Assembly (NCBI GenBank): GCA_963849325.1
Contig: CAWKHF010000009.1
Location: forward strand, 64,001-128,000
Length of the DNA stretch: 64,000 nucleotides
Source of the DNA: an uncultured Planctomycetota bacterium
GTDB taxonomy: Bacteria > Planctomycetota > Planctomycetia > Gemmatales > Gemmataceae
Reading direction: 5' to 3'
Each line of letters begins with the position of its first letter. Within the stretch, counting starts at the first letter, position 1. This document shows positions 34,064-43,741 of the stretch, one piece after another. The notes below the pieces were generated by a model. The model worked only from the letters and a program-made list of their open reading frames with translations, was not told the DNA's origin and did not search any database. Made by a program: the position numbers and the translations under genes.

Positions 34064-35971
34064 TCAATTGTCGGGCAGCTTGTCGTCGAACATCTTGGCG
34101 ATGGGGTGGATGACGAGGTTGCTGACCTTGTTGCCCTTGTGATAGCCCCACATGCCCTGGATCAGCTCGAAGCTCATCAGGCCGACGAGGAAGAGGATGA
34201 TCGTGCAGGGCAGCATGACGAGGGCGGGCATGACGCCCCATTCGGCCGGCGGCGCGGCCGCGGCGGCGACGGCCGCCGACTCGACCTCTTCCTCCTCCAG
34301 GGCCGGCTCCTGATCGAGGTCTTCGTCCAGCGCCTCGCCGATGTCCTCCAGCCCTTCATCGTCCTCGACCACCTCGCCGCCCGCGCGCTGCACCGTGGCG
34401 GCGGCGTCGTCCGCTTCTTCCTCGTCTTCCAGCGGCACCACCTGGCTGCCGCTCTCCTCGTCGCCCTCCAGCGATAGATCGAACTCCGAACTCTCCAGGT
34501 CGGTGTCGGCCTCGTCCAGGGCGACCGCCTCCGAGCCGGACTCCTCGTCCAGGGCCGGCACCTCGAAATCGGTCTCGAAGACGTCCTGGTCTTCTCCCGA
34601 AGCCTCCGCTCCTTCCTCGTCCTCGACGGACAGGCCGCCGCTCTCGTCCAGCGTCAGCTCGAACTCGCTATCGCTGTCGGCGCCCGGCGACTCCAGGGCC
34701 AGATCGGAGGAGCCTTCATCGATGGCCAGGTCCGACGTTTCCGGGTCGAGGCTCAGCTCGAACTCGCTGCTGCTGCCGTCGGTCGGCGAGGCGTCCTCCT
34801 CGGACAGGCTCAGCTCGAACTCGCTGCTGGAATCCGGGGTGCCCGCGGAGGGGGCGGACTTGGAAGGGTTGCCGGAATCGAGACTCAGCTCGAACTCGAT
34901 TTCGTCGCTGCCGTCCCCTTCGAGCGAGATGCCGCTATCGACGGGGTCTTGCAGGTTGATGCCGCTGCCGCCCCTGGGTCCGGTCAGTTCGCCCAGGCCA
35001 ACCTCCTCGTCCGCTTTCATCGCATCCAGTTCGTCGCTGCCGATCTCCAGGGGAGAGGAATCGCCCAGGGGCTTCAACTCGAAGTCGCTACTGCTGTCGG
35101 TGTCGGCCGGCGTTTTCGCGGCCGGGCCGTTCACGTCGATGTCCGCCTCGGACAACTCGAACGGCGACGAGGTGGGCAGCCTGGGCGCTGCGCCCCCCTT
35201 CGGTTTGTGCTGGGTCGAGCGCGCCTTGGCGGCCGCGTCCGCCTTGCGCTGCTCGGCGTCGAGATCGATCTCCTCGGTCACCATCTGGTCGCGCTTGCCG
35301 GGACGGACGATCTCCTCGATGCGGATGTCGCTATCGGACGGTTTCTTGCCGGGGTGTTCGCCGATGGGCACGTCGCTGTCGTGCGGCGAGGACGGCTCGA
35401 TTTTGACGTCGCTATCGCTGGGTTCGTCCAGCGGGACGATGCGGACGCCGCTGTCGTCCTTGGGAGGTCCAGCCATCCGCGATTTGCTCGACCCCGTTTT
35501 CGGCGGCGGCGACACCGGCGCCTTGGACGCCGGCGGCTTGTCGTCCCCGGCGATGGCGAAATCCATGTCGCTGCCGTCCATGACCAGGCGAACGTCGCTG
35601 TCGCTGGACGCCTTGGGCGGCGACGTCTTGCCGAGCTTGGAGGCATTCGTTTTGTGCGCGGGCGGCGGCGACGCCGGCTTGGCCGCCGGCTCCTTGCCCA
35701 GGGGAACCTCGTCACTGTCGTCCCCGCCGAGACTGAAATTGAAGACGTCCTTGCCGCCGGCCTTGGCCTGCGCCGCGTCGCCCAGCGGCAGTTCGGGGTC
35801 GCTGCCGAGGCCGCGCACACGGGCCATCTCATCGATCTCCTGGGCGCGGAAACGCCAGCCGCTGCGGTCCTGGAAGGCGCGGATCTCTTTCTTGCGCGCC
35901 ATCTCCTTGAGCTGCTCGGGATTGATGCGGAGGATCTGCGCGGCCTGTTCCAGCGTGTAGTACTGCACCAT
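34064..35971 (-). CDS. Helix-turn-helix (excisionase/MerR-like) protein with long acidic linker and C-terminal TM helix
   Basis: YYTLEQAAQIL....QLKEM....IRAFQDRSGWRFR; D/E/S-rich repeats; WGVMPALVMLPCTIILFLVGLMSF. Confidence 0.85.
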   Translation of the reverse strand: MVQYYTLEQAAQILRINPEQLKEMARKKEIRAFQDRSGWRFRAQEIDEMARVRGLGSDPELPLGDAAQAKAGGKDVFNFSLGGDDSDEVPLGKEPAAKPASPPPAHKTNASKLGKTSPPKASSDSDVRLVMDGSDMDFAIAGDDKPPASKAPVSPPPKTGSSKSRMAGPPKDDSGVRIVPLDEPSDSDVKIEPSSPHDSDVPIGEHPGKKPSDSDIRIEEIVRPGKRDQMVTEEIDLDAEQRKADAAAKARSTQHKPKGGAAPRLPTSSPFELSEADIDVNGPAAKTPADTDSSSDFELKPLGDSSPLEIGSDELDAMKADEEVGLGELTGPRGGSGINLQDPVDSGISLEGDGSDEIEFELSLDSGNPSKSAPSAGTPDSSSEFELSLSEEDASPTDGSSSEFELSLDPETSDLAIDEGSSDLALESPGADSDSEFELTLDESGGLSVEDEEGAEASGEDQDVFETDFEVPALDEESGSEAVALDEADTDLESSEFDLSLEGDEESGSQVVPLEDEEEADDAAATVQRAGGEVVEDDEGLEDIGEALDEDLDQEPALEEEEVESAAVAAAAAPPAEWGVMPALVMLPCTIILFLVGLMSFELIQGMWGYHKGNKVSNLVIHPIAKMFDDKLPDN

Positions 35972-36054
35972 CGGTATGGACCCCAACGGCCACGGGCAAA
36001 GAGAGGCTCCTCGTGAGCGTGCGGCAGCGGTGCTCCCTGCACGTCTCATCATCG

Positions 36055-36082
36055 ATTGTAAACGGTCCCGGCTTGAATGCAA
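36055..36082 (-). promoter_or_regulatory. Putative sigma-70 promoter of the HTH gene
   Basis: TTGCAT-N16-TACAAT on the minus strand, about 85 nt upstream of the ATG. Confidence 0.55.
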
Positions 36083-36149
36083 GGCCGCGGAAGGCGGGGG
36101 GATGTGGCGGAAGACGCACGGATGTCTCGGTGGCGCGCGTTGTCCCGAA

Positions 36150-36259
36150 AATAGGGACTAGGGAATAGGGACTAGGGAATAGGGAAGAAGAATCCTCCTC
36201 TCTCGCCCTATATCCCTAGTCCCTATTCCCTAGTCCCTATTCCCTAGTCCCTATTCCCT
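36150..36259. repeat. Inverted heptamer tandem repeat (TAGGGAC/TAGGGAA)n
   Basis: ATAGGGACTAGGGAATAGGGACTAGGGAATAGGG...TCCCTAGTCCCTATTCCCTAGTCCCTATTCCC; overlaps the ABC gene stop. Confidence 0.9.
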
Positions 36260-38136
36260 GTTGCGAGTGCCACCGGCTCCGCAGTGGACGCTGCTCCGTC
36301 GGTGGTCGGGTTGGTCAAGCCGTTCTCGGCCGACATCACCAGCTCGCTGAACAAGCCGCCTTGCTGAACCAGTTCCACATAGGTGCCCTCTTCCGCGATG
36401 CGCCCATCGTCGAAGACGAGAATACGATCGGCGTCGCGCAGCGTGGACAGGCGATGGGCCACGAGGATCGTCGTGCGGTCGGCGCTGGTGACACCCAGGG
36501 CTTGCTGCACGGCCCGCTCGCTGATGTTGTCCAGGGCCGACGTCGCCTCGTCGAGGATGAGGATGGGCGGCATCCTCAGCAGGATGCGGGCCAGGGCCAA
36601 CCGCTGCCGCTGGCCGCCCGACAGGTTGCCGCCCCGTTCCGTCAGGACGCCGTCGTAGCCTCCAGGCATTTGTAGGATTTCCTCGTGCAGGTTGGCCAAC
36701 TCCGCGGCGCGGCGGATGTCCTCTCGGGTGACGCTCTCGTTGCCGTAGGCGATGTTCTCGGCGACGGTGCCGGCGAAGACGAACGGCGACTGTCCGACAT
36801 AACCGAGGAACTTGCTGATGTCGGGCCGCGACACGTCCTCGATGCGCACGCCGCCCAGCATCACCTCGCCGCTGTTGGGATGCAACAAACGCAGCAGGAC
36901 GCGGAGGAACGTCGATTTGCCGCAGCCGGATCGGCCAGCGATGCCAATCATCTCGCCCAGGCGAATTTTCAGCGACAGGTTGTTCAAGGCGTGTACGTGC
37001 TTGCCTTGCGGCGTCAGGTATTCCACGTTCAGGTCGCGGACGACGATGGCTGGTTCGTCCGGCCGCAACCGCGGTTCATACGAGCGCGGCAGCGTGAACG
37101 ACGGATCCAACGGCTCGGCCAACAACTCCAGCAGGTCGCCGACACGCAGACTGCTCTCGTGCCCCTCGTCGAGGACGCGATGGATCTCGCTCAACGGCGT
37201 CATGACGCTGAGGAACAGGGCCGAGAAAGCCACCACGTCGCCGGGATCGATCTGGCCGTTGATGGCGTAATAGATGGCCACGCTCAAAACGATAATGTGG
37301 AACAGCCCCTCGTTGAGCGCCTTGGCGCAGCCGAACAGCGACATCTGGAACTGGTGGCGGATCTCCATGGCGCGGCGCTTCTCGGCGGCGCGGGCCAGGC
37401 GCTTGATCTCCTGAGCATAGGTGTTGGCCGCCCGCACGTACTCGATGCCGCCCAGCTGCTCGACGACGGCGCCGTCAATCTCCTCGCAGCTGCGCAGCAG
37501 TTTCAGACGCACGCCCTTCTGCGAGATGAGTTGACGGATGGTGAGGAAGACGGCCGTGGGGATGACGCCGACCATGATAAGGCCCAAGAGTGGCTGCTTG
37601 CTGATGGCGGCGATCAGGGCGAACGTCCCGGTCAGTACGGCCGGGGCGAAGTCAAGGAAGCTCAGGCGCAGGAAACGTACGAACCCTTCGACGCTCCGAT
37701 AGATACGGCCATGCAGGGCGCCGACCTTCTCTTTCGACAGGCTGGCCAGGTCGATCTTCATCAGGTGGTTGACCACCCGAACGCTCATGTCGCGGTTGAG
37801 GCGCGTACAACTGTTCTCGACCAGGTAGCGGCGGGCGACGTTGAGTCCCTCGCGCAAAACGTAGGCGGCGCCGATCAGGCCGAGCACCTCGACAACAAGG
37901 GTGTAGGCGGCGGCGTGCGATCCGTCGGACTTGATGCCGTGCATGACGGCACCGACCAGCTTGCCCAGCAACAAGTTTACGGTCACGTTACATAAACTGA
38001 CGGCGGCCATGATGGCCCCCGCGCCGGCCAAGCCCAGCTTGTGCCGCGCCGGCACCAGACGCCAAACCTGATGGCCGCGACGCAGGATCAGGCGTATCTC
38101 GGCCGCGATCCCCTTCCCGTGCGGATGCGTGGACAT
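36244..38136 (-). CDS. ABC exporter, fused permease + ATPase (MsbA/ABCB-like)
   Basis: TM domain; GRSGCGKS, LSGGQRQR, ILDEATSALD, AHRLST. Confidence 0.93.
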   Translation of the reverse strand: MSTHPHGKGIAAEIRLILRRGHQVWRLVPARHKLGLAGAGAIMAAVSLCNVTVNLLLGKLVGAVMHGIKSDGSHAAAYTLVVEVLGLIGAAYVLREGLNVARRYLVENSCTRLNRDMSVRVVNHLMKIDLASLSKEKVGALHGRIYRSVEGFVRFLRLSFLDFAPAVLTGTFALIAAISKQPLLGLIMVGVIPTAVFLTIRQLISQKGVRLKLLRSCEEIDGAVVEQLGGIEYVRAANTYAQEIKRLARAAEKRRAMEIRHQFQMSLFGCAKALNEGLFHIIVLSVAIYYAINGQIDPGDVVAFSALFLSVMTPLSEIHRVLDEGHESSLRVGDLLELLAEPLDPSFTLPRSYEPRLRPDEPAIVVRDLNVEYLTPQGKHVHALNNLSLKIRLGEMIGIAGRSGCGKSTFLRVLLRLLHPNSGEVMLGGVRIEDVSRPDISKFLGYVGQSPFVFAGTVAENIAYGNESVTREDIRRAAELANLHEEILQMPGGYDGVLTERGGNLSGGQRQRLALARILLRMPPILILDEATSALDNISERAVQQALGVTSADRTTILVAHRLSTLRDADRILVFDDGRIAEEGTYVELVQQGGLFSELVMSAENGLTNPTTDGAASTAEPVALATGNRD

Positions 38137-38235
38137 GGCGTTGGATCGGTTGGAAAGACAAAAGGGTTCGCACCCCGGACGATCTCGCCCAGGTTCCCGA
38201 CGATGGGAGGTCGTTCCGTTTGTAAACTTCACTTC

Positions 38236-38439
38236 CTACGAAAGAGCACGACGATTCCGATTGGCCTGCAAGTGGCTCGCAGGCAAAAGCGTACTCTGCA
38301 ACAGCGCCACGAGCTTGCGCTCGACCATCTGGGCCGGCGTCAAGCCTGCCCGCGAGTCGTGAACCAGCGTTTCTTGAGGCGGAGAAGCGAGACGGCGCGT
38401 GGAGACCGTTTCCGGAGTCGAAGCGGTATCGCGAGGCAT
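38236..38439 (-). CDS. Small hypothetical protein (67 aa)
   Basis: AGGAG 6 nt before the ATG and a sigma-54 motif upstream; no recognised family. Confidence 0.5.
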   Translation of the reverse strand: MPRDTASTPETVSTRRLASPPQETLVHDSRAGLTPAQMVERKLVALLQSTLLPASHLQANRNRRALS

Positions 38440-38493
38440 AGTCCACTCCTTGAAAAAATTCAGGTCTTCACACTAAATCTGTGTTGTCGTGGC

Positions 38494-38510
38494 AGCAAAC
38501 GACATGCCAG
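38494..38510 (-). promoter_or_regulatory. Sigma-54 (-24/-12) promoter motif
   Basis: CTGGCATGTCGTTTGCT on the minus strand: GG-N10-GC. Confidence 0.7.
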
Positions 38511-38584
38511 GAAGGGGGACAGGACGCAGAAGTTCCCCGAACCTTCGTTCCGGCAAAGGGAAAGGATGAAAAAGGAGCCGAAAA

Positions 38585-39844
38585 TTAAGCCGCCTGAGGC
38601 AGTGCAGCGACGCGCGTGTGGAAGCCCGAACGGGCGAGACCGCGAACGACGCACGGCAAAGTGTGAAAGACGTTGCGCACGCGATTGTCAACGAGGGCGT
38701 TGTCGAGTGCCAAAATGGCAGCCCCAGCGTCGATGCCAACCATGTCGAGTCCAAGCCAACCGCGATCCACGTTGACGTTGCGGAAGCCGTAGCGGCCGAG
38801 GAGGTTTCCGCGCCGATCGCGGACGGCACGATGAAGATTGTCGAGGACGAGGTCCGGCCGACGGGCGATCGAGGCGAGAGTGGCCGTCAGGTGCGCGGTG
38901 CCGTCGATCGGGCCGCTGGGGGCGTAGCAGCGATAAACGTATTCGGCCGGGGGCGTCGCGGGACCATCGCCGGCCGACAGACCCCAGTAATCGCGATAGG
39001 TTCGGTAGACGCCGGCCCGCTCGCGGCAGGTTCGATAGTTGGCGTCCGCGGCGATGCTCGCCTCCGCCTCCAGATCGACGCCGCCGGGAACAAGCCAGCT
39101 CTCCAGATCGAGCAGATCCAGCCCATACTGGAAGACGAACAGGCCGAGATCGCTGTTGTTGAAGCGCAGTCCGGCCGTGGTCCCGTAGAATGGCCGCAAA
39201 TGCTGCCAGGCTCGTACCGGCAAGGCGCGTCCCTCGTCGGCCCCGGCGGCCAGGACGTACAGGAACACCGTCTCGCCATTGAGACGGTCCCAGGAGCAGG
39301 GGAGGAAACGTCCGTCGTGACCTTGACCGTGCCGGATTAGAGACGTGTCCGACTCGGCGGGAACCGTCCAGTAGTGCCAGTCGATACGTCCCCAGAACGC
39401 CCGAGACAGACGTTCCAGCTCGGCATCGCGCAGGAAGGCGGACGCCCACAACGCCCCGGCCGCAAGCCAAGCCGTATCGATGGTGCTCAGCCGATCCGCG
39501 CCGTAGACGCGGCCGGTACGCGAGTCGAGGAAATGGGGAACGATGCCGCGATCGTGCGGTAGGACGTGCAGGGCCGTCTCCAGCCCCGTGCGGATGCGCA
39601 GGATCGCCTCGCTCGGCGTCAAAAGGCGATGAGGCTCGGCCGAAGCGAGGGCGAGGGCGATCCAGCCCATGCCGGTGGCCGCGGTGCTGTACAGGCCGTG
39701 CGGCGACAGCGGCCCGTGGTTGCGTTGGCGATCGAGGAGGAGTCCCGTCGTCGTCTGGTTGTCGAGGAAGTACTGCATCGCCTGGGCCTGCAAGCGCAGC
39801 AGCAGACGACGCTCCGCCGTGGTGAAGGGTGCCGTCCTTGGCAT
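38585..39844 (-). CDS. Putative glucoamylase-family (GH144-like) glycoside hydrolase
   Basis: YSTAATGMG, STIDTAWL, RIDW, LFVFQY, YWGLSAGDGP, DGT, GRYGF, GIDAG. Confidence 0.75.
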   Translation of the reverse strand: MPRTAPFTTAERRLLLRLQAQAMQYFLDNQTTTGLLLDRQRNHGPLSPHGLYSTAATGMGWIALALASAEPHRLLTPSEAILRIRTGLETALHVLPHDRGIVPHFLDSRTGRVYGADRLSTIDTAWLAAGALWASAFLRDAELERLSRAFWGRIDWHYWTVPAESDTSLIRHGQGHDGRFLPCSWDRLNGETVFLYVLAAGADEGRALPVRAWQHLRPFYGTTAGLRFNNSDLGLFVFQYGLDLLDLESWLVPGGVDLEAEASIAADANYRTCRERAGVYRTYRDYWGLSAGDGPATPPAEYVYRCYAPSGPIDGTAHLTATLASIARRPDLVLDNLHRAVRDRRGNLLGRYGFRNVNVDRGWLGLDMVGIDAGAAILALDNALVDNRVRNVFHTLPCVVRGLARSGFHTRVAALPQAA

Positions 39845-39959
39845 GACTTCCACTCCTGGCCCGTCTCCGATCCGAAGTGCATTAGTGTAGCAAATCCGCC
39901 CAGAGAGGGAAGAGAAGTCGTCGCTGTGGCGCCCGAATGCTCGACCTCTGCTTCTCCGG

Positions 39960-39975
39960 CGGCATGTCTCTTGCA
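39960..39975 (+). promoter_or_regulatory. Sigma-54 (-24/-12) promoter motif
   Basis: CGGCATGTCTCTTGCA: GG-N10-GC, about 58 nt upstream of the GT2 start. Confidence 0.7.
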
Positions 39976-40032
39976 CTGCTGCGAGCGCGTCTCCGCTTCT
40001 CGGAACGCCCCTCGGCATGGAGGATACGATTG

Positions 40033-40932
40033 ATGGCAGACGCGGACCCTCGGGTGGCGGCGGTGATCCTCACCCACAACCGGCGCGAGGAAGTGCTCGC
40101 CTCCCTCGACCGGCTCACTCGATTGCCGGAACGGCCGCGCCTCGTCGTCGTGGACAACGGCTCCACGGACGGCACGGCGGAGGCGGTGATCGAACGCTTC
40201 CCGCAGGTGGAAGTCCTTTCGGCGGGCGGCAATCTCGGAGCGGCGGCGCGGAACCTGGGCGTGCGGCACGTCGCGGCGCCTTACGTCGCCCTGTGCGATG
40301 ACGATACCTGGTGGCAGCCGGGATCGCTGGCCCATGCCGCCGACCTGATGGATGCGCACCCTCGGTTGGCCGTGGCGACCGCGCGCATTCTCGTCGGGCC
40401 TGAGGAAGTGGAAGACCCCATCTGCGCCGAACTGGCGCGCAGTCCCTTGCCCTGCGAGCCGGACATGCCGGGCCGGCCGCTGTTGGGATTCATGGCTGGC
40501 GCGTCGGTTGTACGGCGTTCGGCCTTCCTCGCCGTCGGCGGTTTTGAGCCGCGCTTCTTCCTCGGCGGCGAGGAGGAACTGCTGGCCGCCGACCTCGTCG
40601 CCTCCGGCTGGTGGCTGTGCTACGTCCCGCGACTGGTCGTTCATCATTATCCGTCCACGCGCCGCGATGCCGTCTCGCGGCGCTGGCACATCCTGCGCAA
40701 CGCTCTCTGGTCCGCCTGGCTGCGTCGACCGCTGTCCGCCGCCCTGCGCAAGACCGGCCACGTCGTTCGCACGGCGCCGCGCTCGCGCGAAACCTGGCGC
40801 GGACTGGCCGCGGCCGTCGCCGGTCTGCCCTGGATCCTCCGTCAGCGTCGCGTTGTGCCGCCTCGGGTGGAGCAACAACTCCGCTTGCTGGAACAACGCC
40901 GACCTTCGTTTCCTCCTTCCCTCACGGCCTGA
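40033..40932 (+). CDS. Glycosyltransferase family 2
   Basis: VILTHNR, VVDNGSTDGT, AARNLG, LCDDD, GGEEE; GGAGG RBS. Confidence 0.9.
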   Translation: MADADPRVAAVILTHNRREEVLASLDRLTRLPERPRLVVVDNGSTDGTAEAVIERFPQVEVLSAGGNLGAAARNLGVRHVAAPYVALCDDDTWWQPGSLAHAADLMDAHPRLAVATARILVGPEEVEDPICAELARSPLPCEPDMPGRPLLGFMAGASVVRRSAFLAVGGFEPRFFLGGEEELLAADLVASGWWLCYVPRLVVHHYPSTRRDAVSRRWHILRNALWSAWLRRPLSAALRKTGHVVRTAPRSRETWRGLAAAVAGLPWILRQRRVVPPRVEQQLRLLEQRRPSFPPSLTA

Positions 40933-40934
40933 TT

Positions 40935-41701
40935 ATGTTCTTTCATCCAGACATCAAGGGCGGCGGCCTGCCGCGCGGCACGGTCTGCCTGACTTACGAC
41001 GACGGACCTGGCGCGACCGAGGGCGATGGACCCGGCCCGCATACGCGGGAACTGGGCCGGTATCTTTTCGAGCAAGAGATTGCCGCCACGTTCTTCGTGG
41101 TCGGCAGCCACGCCGAACGCCACCGCGACATCCTGGCGTCGCTCCAGGAATGGGGCCACTTCATCGGCAACCATACGTACAGCCATCCCGGACTGGTGTC
41201 CCTAGCCCTTGCCGGCGGCGACGTGGTTGGAGAACTCCAGAAGACCGACGACATTATCCGGCCGTTCGTCTCGGGAAACGTGGTTTTCTTTCGCGCCCCT
41301 ACGGCAACTGGCGCGAGAAGGTCGGCCCGGATTGCGACGAGGACAAGACCACATCGCTGGTCGCCGATCTTCTCAACTGCGGTGATGCGTTCCGCGATTA
41401 CGTCGGCCCGATCAACTGGGACATCGTCGCCGAGGACTGGGCGTGCTGGCGTCAGGGATTATCGGCGGAAGAGTGTGCCAGGCGTTACCTGGCGGAGACG
41501 GAGCGCGTCGGCAGTGGCATCATCCTTCTGCACGACAGTTCGGAAGAGGAAATGGTGCGTCGTCGAAACCTGACCATGCCGGCGACAAAAATACTCGTGT
41601 CGGAACTGAAGGCACGAGGCTATCGCTTCGTCGGACTCGATGCCGTGCCGCAGGTCGAGAGGGCCATGCGAGCGTGCCGCGAGAACGTCAAGACTTGTTG
41701 A
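40935..41701 (+). CDS. Polysaccharide deacetylase (CE4/NodB) (frameshift near 41297)
   Basis: LTYDDGP, ATFFVVG, GNHTYSHP, FRAP/YG, IILLHD. Confidence 0.85.
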
Positions 41702-41756
41702 TGAGAAGGAGAATGCTTGCGAGAACGTAGCCTCGTTGACTGAGGGCTGGTGTCTT

Positions 41757-42032
41757 TCACGGTGCCGAACTCAGGAACCGCGCCAGCATCGTGCGCAAAT
41801 TCAAACGTCCCGAGTCGATCCGCTGATCGGCGCGCTGACGACGGGCCAACACTTGCCAGTGCAACCACACGTAGGGGCCTTCGTCGAGCGTCCCGCGCGG
41901 CACCGTTCGTCGGCAGACATCCTCAACGCCGCCGACATCAATGTGCCAGGCCGGCAATTTCCGCGGCAGTTCGTTGACGAATCTCGGATTGTCGTTGTTC
42001 CAACCGTGACGGTATCCGACGAACTCGGTCAT
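41757..42032 (-). CDS. Small hypothetical protein (91 aa)
   Basis: GAGGAG RBS 8 nt before the ATG; directly downstream of the TraR/DksA gene. Confidence 0.5.
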   Translation of the reverse strand: MTEFVGYRHGWNNDNPRFVNELPRKLPAWHIDVGGVEDVCRRTVPRGTLDEGPYVWLHWQVLARRQRADQRIDSGRLNLRTMLARFLSSAP

Positions 42033-42080
42033 GGTTTGTTCTCCTCTTCTCTCGCAGTCTTATGTCCTCTTTCGCGGCAC

Positions 42081-42482
42081 TTAAAGTAAGGTCGGCCGGA
42101 AACCCGCCTCGCCGTCGTCTTGCGCACTTTCGGCGCAATCGACGCAGTAGAGCGTGTAAGGAACGGCCTGAAGGCGGTCCTTGCCGATCTCCCGGCCGCA
42201 CCGACCACAAGTCCCATAAGTTCCTTGCTCAATCCGATCCAAGGCGGCGGCGACTTCGGTCTGCATCTGCCGCTCGTTTTGCAAGAGGCTGGCGCTCATC
42301 TCTTGCTCGAACGCATCCGTGCCAATGTCCGCCAAGTGCAGCGGTACATTGGAGAGGTTGCCGCTGGCGTCGCCGCCGGCCTGGCGCAATGCCTCTCCGC
42401 TGACTCCGGCCTCATCCCCTTTCAATCGGGCCGCCAGAACCAGCAGCCGCTGCCGGTAACGGTCTCGTTCCTCTGGGGTCAT
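42081..42482 (-). CDS. TraR/DksA C4-type zinc-finger protein
   Basis: HLADIGTD coiled-coil tip; AALDRIEQGTYGTCGRCG.EI...RL.AVPY..YCVDC. Confidence 0.92.
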   Translation of the reverse strand: MTPEERDRYRQRLLVLAARLKGDEAGVSGEALRQAGGDASGNLSNVPLHLADIGTDAFEQEMSASLLQNERQMQTEVAAALDRIEQGTYGTCGRCGREIGKDRLQAVPYTLYCVDCAESAQDDGEAGFRPTLL

Positions 42483-42645
42483 GGAGGGACTCCTCGGGTA
42501 AATGGTCCATTCGCTGTAACGGCCGGCTGCCCGAAAGAAATGCGGCCCGAGCAACCACCTGCTCGGGCCGTCTTTGTCCGGCCCCGCCCCGGTCCTATCC
42601 GCTTCCCGGAAGCCTCCTGGAGACTCGCGGTTGCGGGGATGGTTG

Positions 42646-42661
42646 TGCAAAGGTCATGCCC
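42646..42661 (-). promoter_or_regulatory. Sigma-54 (-24/-12) promoter motif
   Basis: GGGCATGACCTTTGCA on the minus strand: GG-N10-GC, upstream of the TraR/DksA gene. Confidence 0.6.
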
Positions 42662-42665
42662 GCCT

Positions 42666-43280
42666 TTACGGCCGTCGGGCTTTTTCCATCTCCCTTACCC
42701 GTTTTTCCAGTCGAGAAACGTCGCGTTCCATCTGCCGAATGCGCTCGCGCTGGCGGACAGCCCCATCCGTACCCGCACGGGTGGCGCCCCCGGACTTCCC
42801 AAACCGGAGGGAAGTAAGTACCTCGACCGAGACTTCTTCCAGTTGGACGATGACATCCTGCTTACGGCCGGCGCGCCGGATCGAGAACGTGACCTCCGCG
42901 CCCGACCCGAGACGCTTGAGCCTGGTGCTCAGTTCCTCCTGGGAGGAGAGGGTCTTGCCGTTGACGCGGGTGATGACGTCGGCGTGGCGCAGGCCGGCCT
43001 TCTCCGCCGGCGAGTCCGCCAATACCTCGACGATGACAACGCCCGCGTCCTCCTTCAGTCGCAAACGTGTCTTCACTCGTCGGCTGATGTTCACGGTGGG
43101 TACGGTGAAAATCCCCAGATACACGGCGTTCTCGACCTCACTCGTGGCGGTCTCCTCCGCGGGAATCGCATTCCCTCGCGTAGTTCCCTTCGACTCCCTC
43201 TCGCCGCCAGCCTCCACGGGGAAGGGCAGTAAGCCGGAAGATAGAGCGAGCAGTCCGATGGAAAAGAGCGATCTCAACAT
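42666..43280 (-). CDS. Exported PDZ-domain protein with C-terminal coiled coil
   Basis: Signal peptide; YLGI, GVVIVEVLADSPAEKAGLRHADVITRVNG. Confidence 0.82.
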   Translation of the reverse strand: MLRSLFSIGLLALSSGLLPFPVEAGGERESKGTTRGNAIPAEETATSEVENAVYLGIFTVPTVNISRRVKTRLRLKEDAGVVIVEVLADSPAEKAGLRHADVITRVNGKTLSSQEELSTRLKRLGSGAEVTFSIRRAGRKQDVIVQLEEVSVEVLTSLRFGKSGGATRAGTDGAVRQRERIRQMERDVSRLEKRVREMEKARRP

Positions 43281-43481
43281 GGGCTTCTCCTCAAAGGTGC
43301 GTGCGCGGACCTCACCCGGGACGGCGCACGCAGCCAAAAGCCGATCGACCCGGCCATCGGCCGGGTCGGGCGGCGTGGGGGGATAAGGGGGTAGATGTGG
43401 CGGACAGTGCCACGAACGAACCGGAGCGGGCGACGGCACTCAGGCCGAATAGGGTCTGCCCAGCGAACCGAGGGACGGCGA

Positions 43482-43676
43482 TTATTTGCTGCTGGCTTTC
43501 TTCTTCGCCGGCACCTTGGCGCCTTTCTGCCGCGCCTCCGACAGACCGATGGCGACCGCTTGCTTGCGGCTGGTCACCTTCTTGCCGGTCTTGCCGCTTT
43601 TCAGCTTTCCATGCTTGAACTTGTCCATCGCCTCGTGGACGGTCTCCTGGGCCTTCGCGCCGTATTTTCGCGTCAT
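43482..43676 (-). CDS. Small basic protein, DUF6496-like
   Basis: KFKHGKLKSGKTGKKVTSRKQAVAIGLSEARQKGAKVP; AGGAG RBS. Confidence 0.85.
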   Translation of the reverse strand: MTRKYGAKAQETVHEAMDKFKHGKLKSGKTGKKVTSRKQAVAIGLSEARQKGAKVPAKKKASSK

Positions 43677-43741
43677 GGGTCTCTCCTGTTCCTGGATGGC
43701 TCCCCGGTCGCATCACGTTTTGCGACTCCGCAGAGATGTTA

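Noticed and set aside
39889..39908. Possible fifth sigma-54 site upstream of the GH144-like gene (TGGGCGGATTTGCT)
   Set aside because: GG to GC spacing is not 10 nt
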